DNA of 64,000 nucleotides from Oopsacas minuta (taxonomy: Eukaryota; Animalia; Porifera). The stretch is from NCBI GenBank assembly GCA_024704765.1, contig JAKMXF010000302.1, forward strand, positions 62,001-126,000, in the 5' to 3' direction. Positions 10,597 through 22,035 of the stretch are shown here, in pieces. The position numbers and the translations under genes were made by a program. Each line of letters starts with the position of its first letter. Position 1 is the first letter of the stretch. Under the pieces are notes generated by a model. That model ran no database searches. It saw only the letters and a program-made list of their open reading frames with translations, and was not told the DNA's origin.

Positions 10597-11655
10597 ATGT
10601 CCCAATTAGTTGCCATAGGACTTATTGAGAAGGACACCGAGGATATAATCGAGTTTACTTGGGCCTACCCTACCATGGACAAATCCATCAAAGAACTCCT
10701 TGTAAGGAAGTGTCCTCCTAGCAACCTATCTGAATCCAATCAATATCTTTTACCCTATGTATTCAGCCATGGAGAAGGGTTCTGGTATTATATGCTAGCC
10801 AGTAAGTTCAATAATAAGGAATATTCTGGTTATGTTACTGATATATGCTTCACGATTCTGTCAAAAGACTTCCACCCTGAGAAGTATTACGATATATTAC
10901 AAGCTCTCCTGCAAACATTCCTATTCTCCAACAGTGTAGTTACCGTACTGAAATCTTATCTTAGTCTATTCGCTAAGAAGAGTTTAGATATTATTGGTAC
11001 AGATAAAGTGCTAAATATTAGTTCTTATGATCCTAGAAAAGCCTTCATTGCTTGTCCATTAAAACCACTAATATTACAGTTTGGTATTGAATCTATTCTG
11101 CTATACAATGCTATGCTACTCAAGTGTCGTGTCGTGGTATACTCCTCTGAGTTAGAAGCCCTGCTTGCCTTCACTAGAACTCTGCCTCTCCTGGCGTTAC
11201 ACAGGCAGAATTGGAGTATCGTATTCCCCTACGTAGATCTTGTAGATTATGAACTGACAAGTCTAAAGGAACAGCCGAATTATGTTGCTGGGTTTCTTGA
11301 CTCCTCTGTTGAGAATAGAATAGATCTATACGATATATTTGTTAATATTTCCTCTTCTACAATAACTATACCAGAACATGCTAAGAGTAGATTCAGTCTA
11401 AGCAAGGCTCATAAGGAAATAGCTAAGCTTATGATGGAGGTTGCTAATGATACGGGTAAGTCTGATCAGCAAGCTATTAAGGAAATTAACCTTAAGACTA
11501 AGGAGATGATAACTAACTTGAAAAATTTATCTATCCAAGAAGATGGGACCCCTGGGATGATATCTTACGAAATTCTCAAACAGAGAAAGTTCACCGCTAC
11601 AATGAGTAACTTTCTTTTCGCATTAGCAACAGTGGAAGGGCTAACACAGTTATGA
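10597..11655 (+). CDS. DENND10: DENN domain protein 10 (FAM45A)
   Basis: N-terminal GLIEKDT...WAYP, FHPEKY, ILLYNAMLLKCRVVVY and YVAGFLD motifs. Confidence 0.85.
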   Translation: MSQLVAIGLIEKDTEDIIEFTWAYPTMDKSIKELLVRKCPPSNLSESNQYLLPYVFSHGEGFWYYMLASKFNNKEYSGYVTDICFTILSKDFHPEKYYDILQALLQTFLFSNSVVTVLKSYLSLFAKKSLDIIGTDKVLNISSYDPRKAFIACPLKPLILQFGIESILLYNAMLLKCRVVVYSSELEALLAFTRTLPLLALHRQNWSIVFPYVDLVDYELTSLKEQPNYVAGFLDSSVENRIDLYDIFVNISSSTITIPEHAKSRFSLSKAHKEIAKLMMEVANDTGKSDQQAIKEINLKTKEMITNLKNLSIQEDGTPGMISYEILKQRKFTATMSNFLFALATVEGLTQL

Positions 11656-12236
11656 TCCATTTTATTATAATAAAAGGGTGTTTTGAATTGAATATTTCTT
11701 ATCGTATTTTCATTTATGTAATAATAGAGTACGTCAGGTTCAGAATTTTCTTACGATAAGGTCGTAAGTACATTTAGAGAATTAGACAACTTAGGTATAC
11801 ACTATCGTAATCAAAAATATTGCAAATACAATCTCTTAGAGATTTCTATTTTAGATTTCAGGTTCATGATTCATTACTGTAGACTTTCCTTTCAGTACAT
11901 TTTACCTAGACTTAGTCTTATAAACTATTAGAAAAGGAAAATGTTAATTTCTCCACATCTTTATGATATTTGTAATATCCTAAATAGTATTTTCTTAATA
12001 CTGTTAATGAAGTCATTATAATGTGACTTGAGTGCAACATGTGGCTATATTGCTTGCTATAGCCGTTAGTATGGAATTATGAATCCAAATAGAGAAGATT
12101 TCAATGTTATCTTAAAGACTAGTGTAGCACACAGTACAAAAAAGTATAAATAATATAGTATTACACATATATACATATGTATATATTTATTTTATTGTAG
12201 CTAACCCTATTATACTAGATTATTGAACGAACAGCT

Positions 12237-14746
12237 ATGAACGATGATGTTTGTAAGTTGCAGTTAATTAATGAGATAATTCAACTTGATTTCTTATCTA
12301 ATGCCTTGTCTTTATAGTTTTCAATATGGTTGTATGCAGCACCTCAAGAAGAGAGGTGATAAAGACTCGGAAGGATGTGACAATCAAGAAAGCACTAGAC
12401 CCCATCCTCAAGAGATGGGGATATCATGACGTCAGCAATGTCAAACCCCAGCTCAGATACTATGATTCTGAATTAAGGCCTCAAACATTAGCAGGAGACA
12501 CTGCCGGTATGGAGGTATTTCTGAAGTCAGCTGATTCTGTTGACGCCATGCTAGCAGGTTTTCATCCATTTTTAAACAAAGCTTCAGTAAGTGGCCTATA
12601 CATAATGGTGTGTATAATATCATACACTTATTGATATATTATTGCTTTTGTAGATGAAAAGCTTCACACAAGGTTACATGAAATTTGATGGTTGGTATCT
12701 GACGAGAGAGAGCTCATCTGGAGATGGACAGCTGTCACTAGCTGTGACGTAAGCATAAATTTAATCGTACTTTCATACGTACTTACATTTATGAGATTGT
12801 TGAATTGTAGGTTCTCTAACCAGCTAAGACACTTCAAAATCAATTTCAGTCAGGCAGAGACTACATATAAGATAGCGTGTAGGTCTTTTGAAAATTTACA
12901 TCAGTTAATAGACTACTATAAAGACCATCCTCTCAAGAAAACAGCAGATGGAGAAATTTTCCTCTTGCATCCTATGTTAGGAAGCAAAAAGGTGAGATCA
13001 TATGTACATAGCAGTCGACTAAATCAGTCTGCCGTCTGATTTTGTATAACTATCTGTATATCGAACCTTAAGTTTATCTTTTATTTATATTTTGACCCTT
13101 TCAAGCCTGATTCACCAGAACAGCCAATGCCTGTCTCAAGTACTTACTCTGGTGAGAGACCCCTCCCTCCTATACCTGCCATACTTGCAACACCTACAGT
13201 TCCGGGATATCTAACCCGTGGTAAATCCAAAACCCTACCCCGAAAGCCCTCGAGAGAACCACGTGATGAATATAAACCTATAAATTCCATAAATCCCAAA
13301 GATCGCCCCCTACCCCCTCTCCCACCTCTCAACCATCCTCCTCCTCAGCTTCAAAAGCCAAGTATTATTACATCAAAGCCCAAACAGGATATTCTTACAA
13401 GCAAAGTTATTAATAATAATCCACCTAAGACAAAACCTGAACTTAAGCCCAAACCAGAATCAGAAATTTCTCCGAAACATGTTATTGATTTGAATCTAAA
13501 GAATAGGAAAGATTCTGGGCAATTTTCCGATCACAATGGTTTGAAATCTCCCTTGGCTCTAACTCCTCGAGCTTCTCCCAAACCTGTACTCACTCCTCAA
13601 GTCACTCATAGTGATCATAGTGTTGAAGAATATCCTCCAGCCTTGCCATGTCGACAGCAAAAATGCAATCCAAATTCTAACCATTTTGACAACTACCCTG
13701 AAATAAAGCCTAATATTAATTACAATGATAATAAAGGGGCAGATGATTCTAGACAAGATCCTTTCAAGAAAATCAAACCTCCGGATTCCTCAATATTAAA
13801 ACCAAAACAATCAGGAACAGCTCTTCCCCCTGCACAAGAGAATAACTTACCACACCCATGGACTAAGGTTTACTCCAACTCTCAGGGAAAATATTACTAC
13901 CATAATACTATCACCAACAAAACCAGCTGGAAAATACCGATACCGAATCAGCCGGTTGAAAAAAAGCCCTCTCAGACGACCTCTTCGGACAATAATTCCT
14001 CAAGAGATCCTCCCATGAGACAGAGGTCTGTTTCCACTATAGAGAAATCTCGTCACAGGAGAGCTCCCTCTCCTGACAGACAAACTGATCTAGTTTTTAA
14101 AGAAGTCCCAGAAGAACGTAAATTCAACGGAGCTGCACAATCTCCGCCTCTCTTTAGACAATCTTCTTATCCTAAACCACTACCCATAACGACGAATAAG
14201 CCTAAACGCGTGGACCCAAATTATGACTATTTATCTGGTGCCTCTTCTCCTTCAAACAATGACCATGTGGTTAATCCATCTCTAGCAAGGAAGGACAATA
14301 AGCCTAAATCTCCATCATTGAACTTATCAAAGCATTCAGATCCTGTCAATCCTTCTCGTCCTGTCTTCAATAACTCACCAGTACATAACGCTCCTACTGG
14401 TAAATCAGTAAAGGTAGGTAGATACAATATCCCAGCTCCTCCTCCCAACCTACCACCTGCATTCTCTAAAGAATCTACACCTCCTATTGTAAATAACAAC
14501 AGTAATAGTACCAATCCAAAATACAGTACTCAACCGCAGAACAATAGAAACAGTTTTTTGAATAGTATCCATGGTTTCAAACAACAACAACTAAGACCTG
14601 TTACTCCAGATCCCTCATCTAGTCCTTCTGATGAAAATTCTAATCACACTCTCCTAGGGGTGTTGAAAAGACGAATGGAGAAGAGAAATAGAGTGTTACA
14701 AGACTCAGACGAATCTGATTTCGAAAATCCTGATGATGACTGGTAA
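12237..14746 (+). CDS. Multidomain adaptor: Raf-like RBD + SH2 + proline-rich region + WW + WH2-C-A (putative Arp2/3 activator), 5 exons, ~733 aa
   Basis: Exons 12237-12252, 12318-12586, 12654-12748, 12811-12991 and 13106 (or 13124)-14746 join in frame across GT-AG introns. RBD-like REVIKTRKDVTIKKALDPILKRWGY; SH2 GWYLTRESSS...LRHFKI...FENLHQLIDYY; WW LPHPWTKVYSNSQGKYYYHNTITNKTSWKIP; WCA at the C-terminus ending DDDW*. Confidence 0.75.
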
Positions 14747-15146
14747 ATAAAGACAGTATACCCACACTAACTATGATGTATTTATCATGTGTTATATGTG
14801 GAAATCTTATGAAATTATAATCGTAAATATCTTGTAAATACTTGTAAAAATTTTACCGCACTTGTTCATCCAGGAATTGTTCATGATGAATTGACTTGGT
14901 TGTTTTGAGTTATGAAGCATATTATTTGTATGTTTAAAGAATTGGTGCAAATATTTTATGATCTGTTATTTGTATTTATTGTTCCATTTCCCTTGCGTAT
15001 GCGATATGCCTTTCGGGGCATATCTTTGTACAGATCTCATAGGTATCGCATTCATTCTTCTCCTATTTAATCGTGTTATACTAGTGAGGCTCTACTATAG
15101 TTGTGTATTGTTATTATGTTACGTTAATCTGAGAATTGAAATACAA

Positions 15147-16307
15147 ATGAAGGAAGAGAGGAAAATGAAGAAATGTACATGTAGCTTAAAGAGTTGTATA
15201 TTTATATTTTGTTGCTGCTTCAATATAATATCAGCTGTTTGTCTATGTTTCTTTATTTACCATTGCTTCATCTTGTTGATATTCACTCTTGATGCTTATG
15301 GAGGGTCTACATCTACTTGTAGAAGTTATTTCGTATCAGCTGATAATTACAAATACACTAGTAATATATCTAACCCTCTCTCCACAAACAATGCATCAAA
15401 CATTAGTGGGGGTAGATATAGGATGAATGAGGCTAGGACAATAGGGTTACACAACAGCTACCATATTATGAATTCATTATTTAGTCAGACATCTTGGGCT
15501 GCATACATGTTTGTATTTGTAAGTGCATGGAGCTACACACACCCCAGTTTAACAGGCCAATTGGAACAAGGATATCGAGTGTTTGAGATAGATATACATG
15601 CACGAGATGACGCGTTAATGGTCTACCATATACAGCTATTCGATCAGCTGACTACTTGTTATTGTCTTAGTGAATGTATAAATGAAATCAATTCTTGGTC
15701 TGATGCTAATCCATGGCATTTCCCTATAATTTTAGAATTCGAATACAAGTACTATTGGTATGAGGACGCTTACATATATCAGGGTAATAAGATCCAGTTT
15801 AAGCACATACTAGCACTTGAACAGGAGCTCATAAACGTGTTTGGAGGGAAACTAGTTACCCCTCAGTTACTAAGGGGGAAATATTCGACCCTCTTAGAAG
15901 CTATTAACGTCACTAAATGGCCAATAATTGATCAGGTGAGGGGTAGAGTATTTGCAGTGATGTGGGATGATACTGAATTGCTTGATATCTATCTAGAGGG
16001 TGACCGAGCTGATGAACCTGTTCTGTTTACGTTATATACCTCTGATAATGAACTTAACGGAGTGTTTGATAAATCTGGTAATCCAGTTGGTAAACAAGAA
16101 ATTATTAATTCGTCAGTAGAAACTGGTCGTATCCTAAGGACGAGGGTAGATTCAAGGTTGGAGTATAATCCAGAACGTAGGAATGTAGGACTAAATTCTA
16201 AAGCTCAATTACTAATCACAGACTTATTAGACAGGCCTTTATTCGAGGATTTGAAGAATCACTGTTATGTCTTAACTGATTTCTCTGAGTATGTTTGTAT
16301 TGGGTGA
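15147..16307 (+). CDS. Membrane-anchored PI-PLC X-domain protein (bacterial Ca2+-dependent PI-PLC-like)
   Basis: IGLHNSYH, YTHPSLTGQLEQGYRVFEIDIH and WSDANPWHFPI motifs. Cys-rich N-terminal hydrophobic anchor and several N-glycosylation sequons. Intronless; alternative ATG at 14958. Confidence 0.72.
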   Translation: MKEERKMKKCTCSLKSCIFIFCCCFNIISAVCLCFFIYHCFILLIFTLDAYGGSTSTCRSYFVSADNYKYTSNISNPLSTNNASNISGGRYRMNEARTIGLHNSYHIMNSLFSQTSWAAYMFVFVSAWSYTHPSLTGQLEQGYRVFEIDIHARDDALMVYHIQLFDQLTTCYCLSECINEINSWSDANPWHFPIILEFEYKYYWYEDAYIYQGNKIQFKHILALEQELINVFGGKLVTPQLLRGKYSTLLEAINVTKWPIIDQVRGRVFAVMWDDTELLDIYLEGDRADEPVLFTLYTSDNELNGVFDKSGNPVGKQEIINSSVETGRILRTRVDSRLEYNPERRNVGLNSKAQLLITDLLDRPLFEDLKNHCYVLTDFSEYVCIG

Positions 16308-16736
16308 TTATTGTATAGAATTTACGTTTTAGTTTTTATGGTTTTATAATTCTTTTCTATTAAATCGATTACTTTTCTTTTTGTATTCACAAAAGTGACA
16401 TCGTTTCTAACAAGTAAACATCTGGACTTGTTATATCCATCTATTCATTCATTGCCTTATCAGCCATTGATTTTATAATTGCATGTTAATGTGTGGAATT
16501 GTGGTGATTCGTGTTGACAGCTAAATATACGAATAGGTACACACACAGAGAGATTACAGTAAAACGGTTATAGAGTACTATGCGACTGAATTAGGTATTG
16601 TATCCGAGGTTACCATGCTGGGCACCTATGCATTGTTCGCTCAATAATAGCTATGAGATCAGGTCTACGTCTGTGTATAAATATCACAGAATTAGATAAT
16701 TCAATTCAGATTGCAATACAATATACACTAATTAAA

Positions 16737-18548
16737 ATGCTTAGTATGTCTAATGGTTCTACTGGCTCACTGACACAAGACGTAGTGAATAATCTTGATA
16801 CGCCGGTTGATATTCGAGCAAGGAGTTTCCCTGATAATAATCATGCAGAGGAATCTTCCAAAAATAAACCTATCGTTTCTAAAAAGTCTATGACCAGTTT
16901 GAACATACTCTCTGCCGTAGAGCTCGATGGTCAGACTGAGGAGGACCTTTGGGCTACTTGGAATGTTCTTCTCCAGAATTGGGATACTCTAAAGCGTAAG
17001 GCACGGTCTGGACTGGAACCACTCGTTAGAAAGGGAATCCCCATTCACTTGCGTCCAGTTGTTTGGAAGAATTTGGTCCAGACGGATACCAAGATCCTCA
17101 CACAGAGCTATCCCTCTCTAATCAACTCTGAGACTCCGTTTGAGAAGCAAATAATCAGAGACAGCACTCGTACCTTCCCCACCCATGAGATGTTCCAGTC
17201 TCCTGACAGCGATGGAGTAGAGAGTTTACGTAACTTAATGCATGCTTATGCCGTGTATGACAAGGAAGTAGGTTATTGTCAGGGTCTAGGATTTGTAGCT
17301 GGTCTCCTACTCATGATTATGCCTGAGGAAGAAGCATTCTGTGTATTCATACAAATTCTACAGGAAAATAGAATCCGTGACATGTACAAGCCCTCTATGA
17401 GTCTACTTTCTATCTGTAACCACCAGTTGGACAAATTGATAGAAGAGACACACCCACACGTGTACTATCATCTCAAACATCAGGGATTCTCCTGCTCTCT
17501 ATACGCATCTACTTGGTTCTTAACTCTTTTCTCGACTATGCTTCCTCTTGACACTGTATTCAGGATAATGGATATATATCTTATTGAAGGACTCAATATT
17601 ATATTCCAAGTAGCTCTGGCATTGATTGACATGGCTCAGTCAGATCTTATGGATTTAGAGATGGAAGGTATTCAGCATTTCTTCACTAATGATTTAGGTC
17701 AGAGATATGGAAAGGATGCTGATACGTTAATAAAACGCGCTACGAGCATAGATATTGATAAGCGTAAGCTGAGGAGATGGGAAAAGGAATATATCCGTAA
17801 AAAGGAGAGAGAGTTACAAGAGAGAAGAGAGATTATACATTTTAAGAATGAAAATAAGAATTTAACTGAGAAGGTCTCAATGTTGGAGAAAGTTAACGGT
17901 GAATTAGCTCCTCAACTGATTGCCAGTCAGGTAAAGTGTGCCGAAGCTTCGGAAGAAACCGTGAGATTGAAGAATGAGCTATCTAAGCTCCGTAAGCAAA
18001 CTGCTACCAAAGGGAACTCTCCTAACAAAGTGAAGGAAGACATTGATGTAGAAAATGACTCATTCCAGGATCTGATTCATAGCCTAGCTACCCTCAAGGT
18101 TCATCTAGCCGAGAAAGCAAATAAAATAGAGCAACAAACTCTAGAATTGAGGAACACACGAAATGAGAACACAAAGTTAAGGAGTGCTCTATTAGAAGCT
18201 CATCAAGAACTCCACAAATTTCGTAAAAGATTTTCCACCTCTCAAACTGGCAGTCAACTGTCACTCAATTCATTCGAAGAAGACATATACCCGTTTTACA
18301 CAGCTACAAACGAAAGTAAACTCGAGAAGATAGAGAAGGAGCTGAGAGAATATAAGAAATGTGAATTGAATCTACCTCGCACAGAAATGGATGATAACAG
18401 TAACAATTCCTCTATCTCCAGTCTACACGCAATAACCAATGAGTCCGATGAATATATTGATCTCAACACTAGTAATAGCAGTAGAAAGAATAACTTAAAT
18501 ATCTCTACATCCAAGAAACACAGCAGATCGCTTGATCATGTCAAATAG
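16737..18548 (+). CDS. EVI5: EVI5-like Rab-GAP (TBC domain plus coiled coil)
   Basis: LVRKGIPIHLRPVVW, IIRDSTRTFP, YAVYDKEVGYCQG and YASTWFLTLF, followed by a long coiled coil. Confidence 0.85.
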   Translation: MLSMSNGSTGSLTQDVVNNLDTPVDIRARSFPDNNHAEESSKNKPIVSKKSMTSLNILSAVELDGQTEEDLWATWNVLLQNWDTLKRKARSGLEPLVRKGIPIHLRPVVWKNLVQTDTKILTQSYPSLINSETPFEKQIIRDSTRTFPTHEMFQSPDSDGVESLRNLMHAYAVYDKEVGYCQGLGFVAGLLLMIMPEEEAFCVFIQILQENRIRDMYKPSMSLLSICNHQLDKLIEETHPHVYYHLKHQGFSCSLYASTWFLTLFSTMLPLDTVFRIMDIYLIEGLNIIFQVALALIDMAQSDLMDLEMEGIQHFFTNDLGQRYGKDADTLIKRATSIDIDKRKLRRWEKEYIRKKERELQERREIIHFKNENKNLTEKVSMLEKVNGELAPQLIASQVKCAEASEETVRLKNELSKLRKQTATKGNSPNKVKEDIDVENDSFQDLIHSLATLKVHLAEKANKIEQQTLELRNTRNENTKLRSALLEAHQELHKFRKRFSTSQTGSQLSLNSFEEDIYPFYTATNESKLEKIEKELREYKKCELNLPRTEMDDNSNNSSISSLHAITNESDEYIDLNTSNSSRKNNLNISTSKKHSRSLDHVK

Positions 18549-18770
18549 TAAAACACAAATTTACTTCGATTGTGTATATTTTGATTTGAAAAGAGACTGT
18601 TTGTTTTAAATTTGAAATTTAAAGTGTTTGCCACATGGTTTATTAATAATGTAGAAATTATCCAAGAGGTCAGATGGCTTATAGAGCAATACTGTAAGAT
18701 ACATTACGTTGCAATATTATGTTCTTTTCTTATGTATCTAATTTATACAATACATCCACTTAGTCATATC

Positions 18771-21700
18771 ATGTCACAAGAACCTACACCTAAACCTATC
18801 AGCAAGTCTACACGATACGACAGACAGCTGAGATTGTGGGGTGATAAGGGACAAGCTACTCTTGAGTCAGCTCATGTGTGTCTCATAAATGCATCAGCTA
18901 TTGGGTCTGAAACATTGAAAAACCTGGTTCTCCCTGGGGTAGGTAAGATAACTGTCGTAGACTCTAACAAAGTAATGGGGAGGGATCTGGGAAATAACTT
19001 CTTCCTGGATCAAGACTCTCTAGGATTGTCTCGAGCAGATCGTGTGAAAGAGCTGTTGTTAGAAATTAATGAAGAAGTTACTGGCGAATCTGTTGCCACA
19101 GACATAAATACCCTGATCAATGAGAATCCTGAATTCTTCAAACAGTTTAGTGTTGTCATAGCAACACAGGTATCCGAGGGAATTTCTCTCCCCCTCTCTC
19201 GCCTCCTGTGGAGTCAGAGAGTACCATTGATTCTTGTGAAATCATACGGGTTTATAGGCAGCATACGTGTAGCTACTCCCGAGCACTGTATAGTGGAAGC
19301 AAAGCCTGATAATGCATTGGAAGATTTGAGGTTTGATAAACCTTTCATTGAGCTAGAAACACACGTAAACTCCGTCGAGTTAGATAAACTGGATAAAACC
19401 GAGCATGAACATGTACCATATCTAGTGCTCATTTATAAATACCTGCAGAAATGGAGTGAGCAGAATGGAGGGAGATATCCTTCTAAATACAAAGAGAAGA
19501 AAGAAGTGAAGGAGCTTATTCGACAAGGAATTAGGATTAATCCAGAGACAGGTGGGCCTGAAGCTGAGGAGAATTTTGAAGAGGCTATGAACAATTTGAA
19601 CACAGCTCTAACTGAGACCAAAGTTCCTAGCAACATAGATACTATTCTAAAGGACGATAATTGTGAACAACTAACAGCCCAATCTACTCCTTTCTGGATA
19701 TTGACTGCTGCATTGAAAAAGTGAGTTATAGAAAAATTTATTGAATTATTATGAAGTAATAATAAATAATAATTAGAGTAAATAGTCTAACAAGTCACTA
19801 TTCTACTCAAAGCACCATTTCCCTACCACAATAAATAACAACAAAACAACAAAACAACAAAACAACAAACCTAAGCGATAGAGATCAGTTTTCATCTTCT
19901 TCACAAGGGCTTCTAGTTGATTCATTTCCAATCTTGTTACAGACATCAATGTATCATTCTGCCTATCTTTGCAGATCCCTACATCTACCCAATATGAGAT
20001 CTCATCTAATTCCCTGTGAATATTCACACAAAGTGTTTCATTCACTTTAGGGAAGTTCTGTATCTCTTTTTGTCTGATAGCGGTTTTCAACTTGTTTATG
20101 GATTCGATTATTCTTTCGTATTCTACCGTTTTATTATTCAATCTCACGTTCAGCTGTCCTATATCTACTTTTGTTGCGTATTCAGCCTTTTGCAATTCTC
20201 CCATTTTCTCTTCTACCTCTGCTTTGAAAGACTGTAATTTATCGTATCTTATTTCCAATACATTGTCAAGTTCTGCTTTATTCGTCTCTTCTAACTTTCG
20301 TATTTTATCTCCCAACTTCTGTACTGCTTTTCTCATTACAAATTCGTGTTTTTCTTTTCCCTCTCGAATATGGATAATCATTTCACACCTCTTCAGTTCC
20401 TTGATTTCACATCCTAACTTCCCATACAAACACTTTACAATTGTTTCAGAGCACTCACTATTGAGATGGATAAGCATGTCCTCTCTTGCTACTTCATTGT
20501 CACAACCTTGTGTACATTTGATAGGATAGCGTAGACACTTTGCGAAATGTTTTTGCTCTTCATGAGATCTGTATTCGTTATCACAGAATTTACAGATCTC
20601 ATTTTTGTTTCTGCACCCTTGGTTATGGGAATCTCTTTCCTTTCTTAGGAATTGTTGCTTACAACCTAATTCGCATATCATTATTATATGAGGACACTCT
20701 CGCAAATGGGTAATAATCCTCTCTAATTCTCCTACCCAGTCACACCCCCTCTCCATATAAGGACATCGTACCTCTAGCATACCCACCATCTTTCTGGCGT
20801 CATGAGGAATGTGTCCCTTCTTTTTCCCTGCCTGTACCCCTGAACAAGGAGAACATGCTAGTTTGTCCTCAGATTTATGATTCTCCTTAACTGCATTTCT
20901 AAGAATGTTATCGCATTTATAACAGAGAAATAATTCTCTTACCATGGGATGGAGTTCTTTGAGCAAAATCTCTGTTTTATACCCTCCAAAATTTCCTGGT
21001 GTTATTTCTACGCACAATGCCTGTATCAGAGTTTCAGGAGTATCATTATTTTGTAGTTTTTCTGCCATATTGCTTTCCAATATCAGAGCATTGATAATTC
21101 CTTGCTATACCATATTTATGTGTAGCATGTCAGAATCCTTACAATATAGTTGTCATCTTGTGATAAGAGCTTACAGGTTACAAATATTAGCCGCAACACA
21201 ATGGTTCAATCAAAACATTACGTAATAGAGATGATGGATCATTATTTATTCTTTGTAGGTTCGTCTTAGCAGAAGGGAAAGGAGATCTTCCTCTCCGCGG
21301 TACTATCCCTGACATGACTAGCAGTTCTAAGCAGTATATTGATCTACAGAATTTGTACAGAGAAAAGGCCCGAAAAGATGCACTAATTGTACACAAATAT
21401 GTCAGTGATATCTGTAGCTCTCTTAGTCTATCAGCCGATTATATCAAAGAGGAAGATACCCTTCTATTCTGTAAGAATTCTTCCTTCCTGAACCTCATCC
21501 GTACTACACCGTTAGAAGCAGAGCTATCAACTTTACACTTCAATAGGGATTACTTCGACATGTCTCTTGGTGATGAAGACTCTGATCTAGCCTGGTACGT
21601 ACTGCTACGAGCAGTGGAGAGATTCAACACCAAGTACTCTCACTACCCCATCCCCACGGATATCCCTCTACTGACAGTATGTGTAGAAGAGCTGTTGATT

Positions 21701-21910
21701 GAATGGGGGCTAGTAGGGAAGAAGATCAAAGAGGGGTCTATTCTTGAAATTTGTCGATACAATGGCTGTGAGATTCATACAGTGTCTGCATTCTTAGGAG
21801 GTTTAGCTGCCCAGGAATGCATTAAACTAATCACAAATCAATATATACCTATCAACAACACTATGTTATACAATGCCATAACGTCTACTACGCTTAGCTT
21901 CGAGGCTTAG
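18771..21910 (+). CDS. NAE1: NEDD8-activating enzyme E1 regulatory subunit, 2 exons, 533 aa
   Basis: RYDRQLRLWG and LKNLVLPGVG motifs. Exons 18771-19720 and 21259-21910 join as [29 protein letters not shown]. Intron 19721-21258 (GTGAGT...TGTAG). Confidence 0.95.
19803..21068 (-). CDS. TRAF-type zinc-finger protein (degenerate RING, tandem Zn fingers, coiled coil, C-terminal TM helix), nested antisense in the NAE1 intron
   Basis: CYKCDNIL...CSPC, CPYMERGCDWVG...HLRECP, CELGC...H..C and CTQGC...H...C. No MATH domain; hydrophobic C-terminus. First ATG at 21068 (track start is TTG). Confidence 0.85.
   Translation of the reverse strand: MAEKLQNNDTPETLIQALCVEITPGNFGGYKTEILLKELHPMVRELFLCYKCDNILRNAVKENHKSEDKLACSPCSGVQAGKKKGHIPHDARKMVGMLEVRCPYMERGCDWVGELERIITHLRECPHIIMICELGCKQQFLRKERDSHNQGCRNKNEICKFCDNEYRSHEEQKHFAKCLRYPIKCTQGCDNEVAREDMLIHLNSECSETIVKCLYGKLGCEIKELKRCEMIIHIREGKEKHEFVMRKAVQKLGDKIRKLEETNKAELDNVLEIRYDKLQSFKAEVEEKMGELQKAEYATKVDIGQLNVRLNNKTVEYERIIESINKLKTAIRQKEIQNFPKVNETLCVNIHRELDEISYWVDVGICKDRQNDTLMSVTRLEMNQLEALVKKMKTDLYRLGLLFCCFVVLLLFIVVGKWCFE
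19838..19869 (+). repeat. (ACAACAAA)x4 perfect tandem repeat
   Basis: Four exact 8-mers, read directly from the sequence. The minus strand encodes LLFCCFVVLL. Confidence 0.95.
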
Positions 21911-22035
21911 TATTATATAATTAGATTTAGAAATGTGTATATTTCATATTAGAGAGATTCGTGTTGTTATCAACTTTTATTATTATTGAATGGCTGTTGT
22001 ACTAATATATTATTATTACACATGCAATTAACAAG

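Noticed and set aside
21314-21910. Separate 198-aa gene or NAE1 pseudogene fragment
   Set aside because: It is NAE1 exon 2; splicing 19720 to 21259 gives a full-length 533-aa protein.
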